Shown one piece after another: positions 1 to 8,165 of a DNA stretch of 23,988 nt. A model generated the notes under the pieces. The model was given only the letters and a program-made list of their open reading frames with translations. It did no database searches and was not told the DNA's origin. Source of the DNA: a bacterium (lineage in GTDB: Bacteria > SZUA-182 > DTGQ01 > JAFGSM01). A program made the translations under genes and the position numbers. Location of the stretch: positions 1 to 23,988 of the forward strand of contig JBLIRN010000043.1 of the NCBI GenBank assembly GCA_049472315.1, in the 5' to 3' direction. Numbering within the stretch: the first letter of the stretch is position 1; every line of letters begins with the position of its first letter.

Positions 1-263
1 GCACAGCAGCCGTATACCAGGGCGAAGAGAATGGTCAGGCAATAGGCGACCGCCATCCTCCTCACGGAGAGGAGGGCATACCAGGGGAGGGCCAGCGGAG
101 AAAGGGAGATCTCCGGGGCTCCCGCGAGCGCCGGGGCCCTCCGGGCCACATACAGACCGGCATAGACGAGAATGCCAATGCCGGCGAGCACCACAAGGTC
201 GTTCCATATGATGTGGTGGCGTGACGTCTGCCTGGGCGAGAATATGCGGGATGGTGTTTTCAT
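1..263 (-). CDS. ABC transporter permease, NitT/TauT (sulfonate/nitrate-type) family; 5' part only, runs off the window edge
   Basis: Manual translation from ATG at 263: MKTPSRIFSPRQTSRHHIIWNDLVVLAGIGILVYAGLYVARRAPALAGAPEISLSPLALPWYALLSVRRMAVAYCLTILFALVYGCC. The 'ISLSPxALPWYAxxSxxRMxxAY..F.LVYG' segment resembles the N-terminus of this permease family. Absent from the ORF track because no stop lies in the window. Confidence 0.7.
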   Translation of the reverse strand, partial: MKTPSRIFSPRQTSRHHIIWNDLVVLAGIGILVYAGLYVARRAPALAGAPEISLSPLALPWYALLSVRRMAVAYCLTILFALVYGCC

Positions 264-614
264 CGCCGTTTTATAACGTGCCCGTGTGCCTTCACGTTTG
301 CATTGATAGGGAACACCCCCACAGCGCGGGAGCGCAGGCAGCCGGTCAGGATCGTCGCCGAAGGATACGGGGCGGTTGGATCACTGGTGTGCGGATGGAT
401 GAGCGCGGCCTTCATGGTGAAAGGGATGCATATGATGCATATAAAGTGGCTGCCAAAAAAATGTTTCGTTAACTGTCGGCACATATTACATAAGTCCCAC
501 ATGTTTGTAAATATCCTGTAATTGCGTATACATTGTGGCCTTGTTTCGCTCCGCCTGACGAAATTGTATCGGCAGATCGGCCTTCCACTTACAGCGCCTA
601 TTGCAGACAGTGTA

Positions 615-1394
615 TTGATCAGTTGCAGTCTCTTCGCTTTCTCATATGATTGCAGGTGCATCGCAGCGGTCGATCAACCCTCCGATCCTGCATCGAGCGA
701 GGTCTTCAGGCTTCTTTTGAAGGCGACAAAGGACCCGGATTACGGCGCGCGGGAAGATGCATTTCGAGCCATGGCAGCGCTTCCCCAGGAGGAGATCTTT
801 CCGAGGTTCGAGGATTTCCTGAGGGACAAGGAGCACTCGGAGCTTCGGGCAGTGGCCCTCGATGACCCTCACTGGAGTGTGCGGCACGCCGCGATCCATG
901 CCCTGGCACGGATAGGGGACCAGGGGTGCGCGGCACAAATTCTGGGAAAACTCGATGACCCCGAGGACATCGTCAAAAAGGAGGCCATTGCCGCCCTTGG
1001 CCTTCTGGGTTCAAGGGAGGCGGCATGTTCCATCCTCGCCCTCATCAATCACGAGGGGCTTCAGCCCGCAGTCCTTGAAAGCCTCGAGATGCTCGGCATC
1101 CCGGATAGCGATCAGTTTCAAACCATCTATACACGGTCGAACACCCGGCTCAGGTGCAGTCTCATCGATCTTGCGGTCACGCTCAAGGACACCCGTGTGG
1201 TCGATTTCCTTTGTGAAGCCCTCGATAAAGAGATCCCTGTTATTCGCTCACGGATAGTAACGGCACTCGGGGAATTGGGGGATAAGAAGGCAACCCCCAT
1301 GCTTCGCAGGATCAAGAAGGAGGACCCGGACAAAGGGGTCCGGAAGGACGCGGGACGTGCCCTGAAAAGGCTCCCAAAGAAACCAACATATTGA
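615..1394 (+). CDS. HEAT/PBS-lyase repeat protein, possibly degenerate; start uncertain
   Basis: Repeated HEAT units (LDDPHWSVRHAAIHALARIG, LDDPEDIVKKEAIAALGLLG, IRSRIVTALGELG, DPDKGVRKDAGRAL). Candidate in-frame starts are TTG 522, TTG 615 and ATG 771, none with a clear Shine-Dalgarno. Confidence 0.7.
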   Translation: MISCSLFAFSYDCRCIAAVDQPSDPASSEVFRLLLKATKDPDYGAREDAFRAMAALPQEEIFPRFEDFLRDKEHSELRAVALDDPHWSVRHAAIHALARIGDQGCAAQILGKLDDPEDIVKKEAIAALGLLGSREAACSILALINHEGLQPAVLESLEMLGIPDSDQFQTIYTRSNTRLRCSLIDLAVTLKDTRVVDFLCEALDKEIPVIRSRIVTALGELGDKKATPMLRRIKKEDPDKGVRKDAGRALKRLPKKPTY

Positions 1395-1419
1395 TTTAGT
1401 TTGCTTTTTAGTTTATTAT
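1391..1419 (+). promoter_or_regulatory. Candidate sigma70 promoter of the TA operon
   Basis: TTGATT (1391-1396), 17-nt spacer, TATTAT (1414-1419). This would place the TSS at about the antitoxin ATG (1426). Confidence 0.4.
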
Positions 1420-1425
1420 AGAACC

Positions 1426-1677
1426 ATGATCAAATTAAATATTCATGAAGCAAAGACTCATCTGTACAAGTATCTTGAGAGATTGGCAAAAGGGGAGATC
1501 ATTGTCTTATGTAAAAGGAACATCCCCATTGCAGAGATCCGTCCCATACCCGCCAATAAAAAATCCAAACGCCCCATTGGCTTGGCAAAGGGCCTGTTTC
1601 AGATACCTCCTGAGTTTTATGAGCCGCTGCCTTCGGAAGTTGTGGCATCGTTTTATAACGGCTCCGAGTCTGTATGA
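1426..1677 (+). CDS. Type II antitoxin, Phd/YefM family
   Basis: 83 aa with the N-terminal 'LNIHEAKTHL...GEIIVL.KRNIPIAEI.P' signature and C-terminal 'RPIGLAKG..IPPEFYEPLP'. ATGA overlap with the PIN toxin gene. Confidence 0.9.
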   Translation: MIKLNIHEAKTHLYKYLERLAKGEIIVLCKRNIPIAEIRPIPANKKSKRPIGLAKGLFQIPPEFYEPLPSEVVASFYNGSESV

Positions 1678-2059
1678 AATTACTTCTTGATACGTGCACA
1701 TTCCTATGGATTATTACAGACCCCCCGAACTCAGCAAATCAGCCCGAGCGCTCTTTGTTGATCCGGAAAACGAGGTATATCTTAGTGCCGTTTCGACATG
1801 GGAGCTTGCCATTAAACATGCATTGGGGAGGCTCCCGCTTCCTGAACCACCTGAGAGATTCATTCCTGCCCAAAGACAACAACATAATATCGCCGCGCTT
1901 CCCCTTGAAGAAGGTGCGACATTATATTTTGGCCGTCTTCCACATCTCCATAATGACCCTTTTGATCGCATGTTGATCTGCCAGGCGATCATGCACGGGA
2001 TGATTATACTGACGCCTGATGAACAGGTGGCACAATATCCCTTTCGAACAGCCTGGTAG
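1674..2059 (+). pseudogene. vapC: VapC/PIN-domain toxin, interrupted by a 1-nt deletion at the C6 run 1721-1726
   Basis: Frame 1 gives MKLLLDTCTFLWIITD. The PIN sequence continues in another frame as PELSKSARALFVDPENEVYLSAVSTWELAIK...HNDPFDRMLICQA...ILTPD to the stop at 2059. Confidence 0.85.
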
Positions 2060-2146
2060 AGGAACGGTATCATATCGAGGCATGACAGAAGACCTATTTC
2101 CTTCACATCATTCGCTCTTGATTCAGGATTATATGCCTTCTTATAG

Positions 2147-2174
2147 AAATGCGTGTTGACAAATGCGCATTGAC
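2147..2174 (+). repeat. 14-bp tandem direct repeat upstream of nifU
   Basis: AAATGCGTGTTGAC (2147-2160) followed by AAATGCGCATTGAC (2161-2174), 12/14 identical. Each copy runs into TTGACA. Confidence 0.6.
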
Positions 2175-2205
2175 ACGTTTGGGTGTTTCTGATAGAAATC
2201 GTATC

Positions 2206-3039
2206 ATGTGGGATTATACCAAAAAGGTAAAGGAATTCTTCCTCCATCCGAAGAACGCCGGTGAGATAGAGAAACCCGATGCGGTGGGAGAGGTGGGGAG
2301 CATGATCTGCGGCGACGCGCTCAAGCTCACCCTGAAGATCGACAAAGATACGGGCAGGATCACCGATGCAAAGTTCAAGACCTTCGGCTGCGCCTCTGCC
2401 ATTGCAAGCTCCTCTGTGCTCACCGAGCTCGTCAAGGGGAAGACCGTGGATGAGGCCCTCACCATCACCAATCAGGACATTGCCGACTATCTTGGCGGGC
2501 TCCCAAAGGAGAAGATGCATTGCTCGGTCATGGGGAGGGAGGCCCTGGAGGCTGCCATTGCAAACTACAGGGGTAAGCAAACACCTGAGGAAACGGGAGA
2601 GAGGATCATCTGTACGTGTTTTGATGTATCCGAGGAAAAGATACGGAGGGTCGCCATAGAAAATCACCTCACCAGCGTCGAGGAGATCACCAACTACACC
2701 AAGGCGGGAGGGGGATGTGGCACCTGTGTCCCCGCCATAGAGGCGATTCTGAAGGATATCTGGTCAGGGAAAACGGCGGTCGAGGCGCCGAAGGCCCCCA
2801 GGAAAATGACCAATCTCCAGAGGATAGCCCTCATCCAGGATGTCATTGAAAAGGAGATCCGACCCCGCCTTCAGGCGGATGGCGGGGACCTCGAGCTTAT
2901 CGATGTGGAAGGGAGCAGGGTCATCGTTTCCCTGAGGGGGATGTGTATCGAATGTCCGATGGGCGGGGTGACCATAAAGGGCATCGAGGAAAAATTGAGG
3001 GAACTGGTAAGCGAGGACATCGTTGTGGAGGGCGAATGA
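2206..3039 (+). CDS. nifU: Fe-S cluster assembly scaffold NifU (IscU-like + BFD-like [2Fe-2S] + NifU C-terminal domains)
   Basis: MWDYTKKVKEFFLHPKNAGE start; ICGD, FGCASAIASSS and KMHCS motifs; ICTCF...GGGCGTC; IRPRLQADGGDLEL...CIECP. Confidence 0.95.
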   Translation: MWDYTKKVKEFFLHPKNAGEIEKPDAVGEVGSMICGDALKLTLKIDKDTGRITDAKFKTFGCASAIASSSVLTELVKGKTVDEALTITNQDIADYLGGLPKEKMHCSVMGREALEAAIANYRGKQTPEETGERIICTCFDVSEEKIRRVAIENHLTSVEEITNYTKAGGGCGTCVPAIEAILKDIWSGKTAVEAPKAPRKMTNLQRIALIQDVIEKEIRPRLQADGGDLELIDVEGSRVIVSLRGMCIECPMGGVTIKGIEEKLRELVSEDIVVEGE

Positions 3040-4208
3040 AAAAGACCATCTATCTTGACAACAATGCGACAACGGCAGTGGCGCCCGAAGTGCTTACCGA
3101 GATGAGCCCCTTTCTTGAGGAATTCTACGGGAATCCCTCCAGCATGCACACCTTCGGCGGCCAGCTTCATCGGAGGATAGAACAGGCACGGGAGCAGGTT
3201 GCGGCCCTTATCGGCGCGGACCCGGAAGAGATCCTGTTCACGAGCTGCGGCACGGAGAGTGACAACACCGCCATCATGAGCGCCATGGAATCGTATCCTC
3301 AAAAAAGGCATATCATCACCACGAAGGTAGAACATCCCGCAGTCCTGAATTTCTGCAAACACCTTTCGAGGAAGGGCCTTCGCGTCACCTCCCTCCCCGT
3401 TGATTCAAAGGGGAGGCTCGACATGGATGCCTTCACCAAGGCCGTTGAAGAGGATACCGCAATCGTCTCCGTCATGTATGCCAACAACGAGACCGGGGTG
3501 ATCTTCCCCATCCGTGAGATAGGGGAGTCCCTTAGGGAGAGGAAGATCCTGTTCCATACCGATGCCGTGCAGGCGGTGGGGAAGGTTCCCATCGATATGA
3601 ATGAGGTCCCCGTGGACATGCTCTCCCTTTCCGGTCACAAGCTGCACGCGCCGAAGGGGATCGGTGCGCTGTACGTGAGAAAGGGGACCCGGTTCTATCC
3701 CTATATGATCGGCGGGCACCAGGAGCAGGGCAGAAGAGCGGGTACGGAAAACGTGGCCTCCATCATCGCCTTGGGGACGGCATGTGCCCTTGCCCGAAGG
3801 AAACTCCACAAGGAGGCCGAATCGGTGGGGAGGCTCAGGGACAAGCTCGAGGATGCCTTGCTTCGCTGCTGTCCGGATGCGAGGGTGAACGGCGATAGCG
3901 AGCATCGCCTGCCCAACACGACCAATATAAGCTTCGAGTTCGTGGAAGGAGAGGCAATACTTCTCAGGCTCGATGAACACAACGTCTGTGCGTCCTCAGG
4001 CTCGGCCTGCTCCTCGGGTTCCCTGGAGCCGAGTCATGTCCTCAGGGCCATGGGGGTGCCCTTCAACGCGATCCATGGGTCCATACGCTTCTCCCTGAGC
4101 CGGTATACCGATGAGGCTGAAATCGATTACGTCATCCAGGTGATGCCGTCCATCATACTGGGGCTTAGGGAACTCTCGCCCTTCGGGCAGGAGGGCCCCT
4201 CCTCCTAG
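3036..4208 (+). CDS. nifS: Cysteine desulfurase NifS (PLP-dependent)
   Basis: IYLDNNATT, HTDAVQ, SGHKLHAPKG (PLP lysine) and SSGSACSS (catalytic Cys). ATGA-coupled to nifU. Confidence 0.95.
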   Translation: MKKTIYLDNNATTAVAPEVLTEMSPFLEEFYGNPSSMHTFGGQLHRRIEQAREQVAALIGADPEEILFTSCGTESDNTAIMSAMESYPQKRHIITTKVEHPAVLNFCKHLSRKGLRVTSLPVDSKGRLDMDAFTKAVEEDTAIVSVMYANNETGVIFPIREIGESLRERKILFHTDAVQAVGKVPIDMNEVPVDMLSLSGHKLHAPKGIGALYVRKGTRFYPYMIGGHQEQGRRAGTENVASIIALGTACALARRKLHKEAESVGRLRDKLEDALLRCCPDARVNGDSEHRLPNTTNISFEFVEGEAILLRLDEHNVCASSGSACSSGSLEPSHVLRAMGVPFNAIHGSIRFSLSRYTDEAEIDYVIQVMPSIILGLRELSPFGQEGPSS

Positions 4209-4222
4209 GGGTTCTCCTGCCC
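4185..4222 (+). terminator. Strong stem-loop spanning the nifS stop codon (possible terminator or 3' stabiliser)
   Basis: GGGCAGGAGGGCCCCT - CCTCCT - AGGGGTTCTCCTGCCC: a 16-bp stem including two G-U pairs. There is no clear U-tract. Confidence 0.45.
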
Positions 4223-4267
4223 CCCTTGCATGTATGGACGTACCTTAGCGTGTCACCGGGGCATCAT

Positions 4268-4531
4268 TTACGTCGTGATAGGGCTGGGCTCCAACAACAG
4301 GGCACCGGAGCCCTCTTTTTTTATCTCACCTTTCAATGAATGTCTCAGCCCCTTATCCTTCAACTCGAGTGCGAGCCTCTTGAAGGGATTCGTCTGCTCG
4401 CTGCGTCGCGATTCCAATCTGGTATAATACTCCTTGATCTCCTCTATTGGGACAAGACAACTGTCAAGATCTCCTATTGCGACGAGATAATTCCCGAGGC
4501 TTTTCCATGACAATATACAATTTCTCAACAT
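4268..4531 (-). CDS. Short hypothetical ORF or gene remnant
   Basis: 87-aa ORF with plausible composition filling an otherwise empty interval; no recognised motif. Confidence 0.25.
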   Translation of the reverse strand: MLRNCILSWKSLGNYLVAIGDLDSCLVPIEEIKEYYTRLESRRSEQTNPFKRLALELKDKGLRHSLKGEIKKEGSGALLLEPSPITT

Positions 4532-4575
4532 GCGATGCTCCTTATTGGTTTCATTGTTATATGCCGTTTCCCTTA

Positions 4576-4899
4576 TTATCGATCCTCAAAATCCAGCATG
4601 CAGTTAACGATGTAATCGGAAGGTCCCCTGTGTTTGAAATAGCGCTCAACCTTGTCCATTTCATCCCAGGTTTCTATGATTCCTTTAATGGTGATGATCT
4701 TGTCATGCTGGTTGATGTAAACATTGAAGAATCTCCCGCCAATCTCGACAATCCTCCAATTTCTCATCACCTCTTCCATCTTTTCATCCATGTCGGCTGC
4801 CTCGGTCGATACCTCGGCATGGCATGCAACGGTAAAAAGAAGCAGAGTCGCTTCAATACATAGGATCCATAAACACCATTTATATCGTTTGATTGACAT
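4576..4899 (-). CDS. Small exported protein, weakly BON-domain-like
   Basis: ATG at 4899 preceded by GGAGG. Signal peptide MSIKRYKWCLWILCIEATLLLFTVACHA. The mature part has 'FNVYINQHDKIITIKGIIETWDEMDKVE...IVNCMLDF', a BON-like pattern. Confidence 0.6.
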   Translation of the reverse strand: MSIKRYKWCLWILCIEATLLLFTVACHAEVSTEAADMDEKMEEVMRNWRIVEIGGRFFNVYINQHDKIITIKGIIETWDEMDKVERYFKHRGPSDYIVNCMLDFEDR

Positions 4900-4986
4900 G
4901 TGCGTTTCCTCCGACTTCATTATCATTCGATGCTGTTGCTCATCCTTCTCCGGCAAGCTTGCTTTGCCTTTTCTATCTTTATATAA

Positions 4987-5002
4987 AGCAATCGGGATGC
5001 CA
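4987..5002 (-). promoter_or_regulatory. sigma54 (-24/-12) promoter
   Basis: Minus strand TGGCATCCCGATTGCT = TGGCAY-N5-TTGCW with exact GG-N10-GC spacing. It lies about 90 bp upstream of the 4899 start and directly downstream of a bEBP gene. Confidence 0.8.
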
Positions 5003-5198
5003 TTCTCCATGGATTGAAAAAATGCATGCGATTTCGAGGCAATACGGAGGCGCAGGTATCTGTACATAAAGGCGGGTTGGAGGTTTTCAGACATCAGACT
5101 GATAGAGAGATTCTCAGAACGGTCATGAACGTACAGGGATTTTTGCAGGTCTCAATGAAATTGGTGGCTGAATTTCGTCCAAACTGGTTGAATTCCGA

Positions 5199-6623
5199 TC
5201 AACGATCGTGAGGATATCTCTTTTTCAGGTTGTACCTGGCAAGGCGGTCCCTCAGCATGAACCTGGAGATGCCCAAAATTCTTGCCGTCCGGACCTGGTT
5301 GCCGCCTGTTTCGTCGAGGACCTTCTCAATGAGCATCCGTTCTGTCTCCGACATGACCCTGTCATGGAGGGCCCCGTTGTAGATCTTCATGTCCCTTTTC
5401 AGATCAGGGTATTCGACAGGGGAAGGGCATGCAGGATCGGGATTCTCCTGGGAAGGCTTGATCCCCTCCGCTATATACTCCTCGGTAATGGCGTTCCCCT
5501 TGCATAAGACTATGGCGCGTTTTATCACATTTTCCAGCTCCCGGATGTTTCCGGGCCAATGATACCCGATTAGTTGGGCCATGGCCCTATTCGATATGGG
5601 AATCCTCTCCTTTCTGAGCATGGTGCAGTGCCTGGTCAGAAAATAGTCAACAAGCGCAGGGATGTCCTGCTGCCGGCTCCGGAGGGGAGGCAATGCGATG
5701 GTCACGACATTGAGGCGATAGTAAAGGTCCTCACGAAATCTCCCATCCTCTATTGCTTTCTCGAGATTCGCGTTCGTGGCGGCGATCACCCTCACATCCA
5801 CTTGAATCTTCTGCTCGCCGCCCAGGCGTTCAAAACATCCCTCCTGCACGATACGCAGGATTTTTGACTGGGTGGAAAGGCTCATATCACCAATCTCGTC
5901 AAGAAAGATCGTCCCGCCATCCGCCTGCTCGAATTTGCCGATCTTTCTGCGAACGGCCCCGGTGAACGCCCCCCGTTCATAGCCGAAGAGTTCGCTCTCC
6001 AGGAGCGTTTCGGGGATGGCCGCGCAGTTCACTGCAAGGAAGGTGTTTGCGGATCGATTACTGTGGTGATATATTGCCCGCGCCACCAGTTCCTTGCCGG
6101 TCCCGGTTTCTCCCCGTATGAGGATATTGATATCGCTCGCCGCCACCCTTCCGATCAGCTTGTATACCTCTTGCATTACAGGGCTGCTGCCGATTATTCG
6201 ATCCCCGGACGGTTGTTCCGCCTGGGTTTCCTGGATGACGACCTGGGTGCGCATCAAACGGCTGCAGGTGAGCGCTTCATGAATGATTCGCTTCATGTCG
6301 GGCATGTTAAAGGGCTTCAGGATGTAATCGTAGGCACCCTTCTTGGTGGCCTCAATTGCGATATTCGTTGTCCCATATGCCGTGATGATCAGCACCACGG
6401 CCTTGGGGTCAAGATCCTTTATCCGGTGAAGGACCTCGATCCCCGACATGTCAGGAAGGCGCACATCGAGCACCACAAGATCAAATGGTTCCTTTGCATA
6501 TTGTGCAAGCGCCTCGGAGCCGGTGCCGGTGGAACTGACCTTGTATCCCGGCTCGTCAAGGAACCGTTCGAATGAATAACGCACGCCTTCTTCGTCATCC
6601 ACGACCAGAATCCTTTTCAGCAT
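5199..6623 (-). CDS. NtrC-family sigma54-dependent response regulator (REC-AAA+-HTH)
   Basis: ILVVDDE, DVRLPDMSG, GETGTGKE, GAFTGA, FLDEIGD, FREDLYYRLNV, WPGNIRELEN and a Fis-type HTH. Confidence 0.95.
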   Translation of the reverse strand: MLKRILVVDDEEGVRYSFERFLDEPGYKVSSTGTGSEALAQYAKEPFDLVVLDVRLPDMSGIEVLHRIKDLDPKAVVLIITAYGTTNIAIEATKKGAYDYILKPFNMPDMKRIIHEALTCSRLMRTQVVIQETQAEQPSGDRIIGSSPVMQEVYKLIGRVAASDINILIRGETGTGKELVARAIYHHSNRSANTFLAVNCAAIPETLLESELFGYERGAFTGAVRRKIGKFEQADGGTIFLDEIGDMSLSTQSKILRIVQEGCFERLGGEQKIQVDVRVIAATNANLEKAIEDGRFREDLYYRLNVVTIALPPLRSRQQDIPALVDYFLTRHCTMLRKERIPISNRAMAQLIGYHWPGNIRELENVIKRAIVLCKGNAITEEYIAEGIKPSQENPDPACPSPVEYPDLKRDMKIYNGALHDRVMSETERMLIEKVLDETGGNQVRTARILGISRFMLRDRLARYNLKKRYPHDR

Positions 6624-6625
6624 GT

Positions 6626-8113
6626 CTATGCTTCCTTCATGGGCAGATGCATGACAAACGTGGCCCCTTGATCGGGATTGTTGTATGCCTCGATCCCGCC
6701 CTCATGGTTGGTGATGATCTGATGTGCGATGAAAAGACCGAGCCCGGTCCCTTTCTCGTTGCCGGTCACGAAGGGGTCAAAAATCGAATGCAGTATCCCT
6801 GGAGGGATTCCCTTTCCGTTGTCGCTTATGCTGATGTATACATGGGGGCATTGTCCGTTGGTTTCCTTTGTAATACCGCTTGCTACGGTGATCATTCCCC
6901 TCGTGGTGATGGATTGAATTGCATTCAATATGACATTCACCAAGACGATCTGGAGCTGTTCCCTGTCCCCGTACACAGGCGCTGACTCTTTGCAGAGCAT
7001 TTCCTTCACCGCTATGCCCTTGGCCTTTGTCTGCGGTGAGAGCAGGTTCAAGGTATGTCTTACTGTTTCATTGATGTCCATATAGCTGCGGTTGGGCTCC
7101 GGCGGCCGGGCGAAGGTCAAAAAATTCCCCAGAAAACGTTCCAGCCGTTCAATCTCCTTGAGTATGACCTCAAAATCCCTCTTCATCCCGAAATTGCCCT
7201 TTGCCTCCTGCTGAAGGGTGAAGATGAGCATCTTGACGGCAGTCAGGGGGTTGCGTATCTCATGTGCCAGACCAGCAGCCATCTGTCCGATGGTTGCGAG
7301 CTTTTCCGACCGGATCAGCATCCTTTGACTCTGTTCAAGATCCTTATTGACCTCATGAACCCGTTCGATCAATCTCCGGACATATTTGCTTAGGTGCTCC
7401 AATTCGGTCTCTTCCGATATGTCAACCTTCTCGATGAGCTCCTCGCTGGTTGCACCCTTTACCTTCAATACCAGCTCATAGATGGGATGGGTGATGCTCC
7501 GGGATACACCCAGCCCCAGGGCTGTTCCCAATAGGATCCCCACGATGCCGATTCCGAAGGTGATCTTCTTGATAGAGCGTTTGTCCCGTTCAATCGACAT
7601 GCTGGTTTGATGCATCATATGTTCGTTGAGGGAGAGGAGTTCCTCGCACTTCTGGTAGACGAGATTGAATGTGTCTCGCATATCACCGATAAGCAGGGCA
7701 TGTGCCCTGCTGAAATCCCCCTTCTGGTATGAGATCACGACATTTCTCTGATGTGCCGTATACCTTTCGTAGAGCCCTTCTATTTCATCAATGACCCTGT
7801 CTTCTTCATCGGAATGGATTCTCTCCCGTGCGTTGTTGAACCAGTTTATGAATGACAATTGCTTTTCATGGAATATCTCCAGCCATTTCTCATCACCGTC
7901 CAGGAGGTAATTGGCGGTCAATCCCTTCATGTCAAGGAGGGCGATCTCCAGTTCCTCCGCCGATTTCAGGCTGGAGACGTTTTCCACCAGTATCCGGGCA
8001 GTGTTCTCCTGCATGCGGTTCGTGTAAAAAATCGCACAGATCACCACCACAAAGAGCAATGCGCTCATCATCAGAAAGCTGATTATCATTTGCGGACGAA
8101 TGCGTAATTTCAC
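6626..8113 (-). CDS. Membrane sensor histidine kinase (periplasmic four-helix-bundle-like sensor, HAMP-like linker, HisKA, HATPase)
   Basis: Two TM segments; H-box AHEIRNPLT, N-box NVILNAIQ, DNGKGI, FDPFVT and GTGLGL. GTG start with GGAG upstream. Confidence 0.93.
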   Translation of the reverse strand: MKLRIRPQMIISFLMMSALLFVVVICAIFYTNRMQENTARILVENVSSLKSAEELEIALLDMKGLTANYLLDGDEKWLEIFHEKQLSFINWFNNARERIHSDEEDRVIDEIEGLYERYTAHQRNVVISYQKGDFSRAHALLIGDMRDTFNLVYQKCEELLSLNEHMMHQTSMSIERDKRSIKKITFGIGIVGILLGTALGLGVSRSITHPIYELVLKVKGATSEELIEKVDISEETELEHLSKYVRRLIERVHEVNKDLEQSQRMLIRSEKLATIGQMAAGLAHEIRNPLTAVKMLIFTLQQEAKGNFGMKRDFEVILKEIERLERFLGNFLTFARPPEPNRSYMDINETVRHTLNLLSPQTKAKGIAVKEMLCKESAPVYGDREQLQIVLVNVILNAIQSITTRGMITVASGITKETNGQCPHVYISISDNGKGIPPGILHSIFDPFVTGNEKGTGLGLFIAHQIITNHEGGIEAYNNPDQGATFVMHLPMKEA

Positions 8114-8165
8114 GGTCTGTTCTCCACTACACTATTAAATGCACGAAATCAACCTTGGCCGATAG

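Noticed and set aside
264..520. Possible riboswitch upstream of the ABC permease
   Set aside because: No recognisable aptamer consensus by eye; an Rfam scan would be needed.
2206..4208. nifU/nifS as evidence of nitrogen fixation
   Set aside because: No nitrogenase genes are in the window, and stand-alone NifUS is an established housekeeping Fe-S system in many anaerobes.
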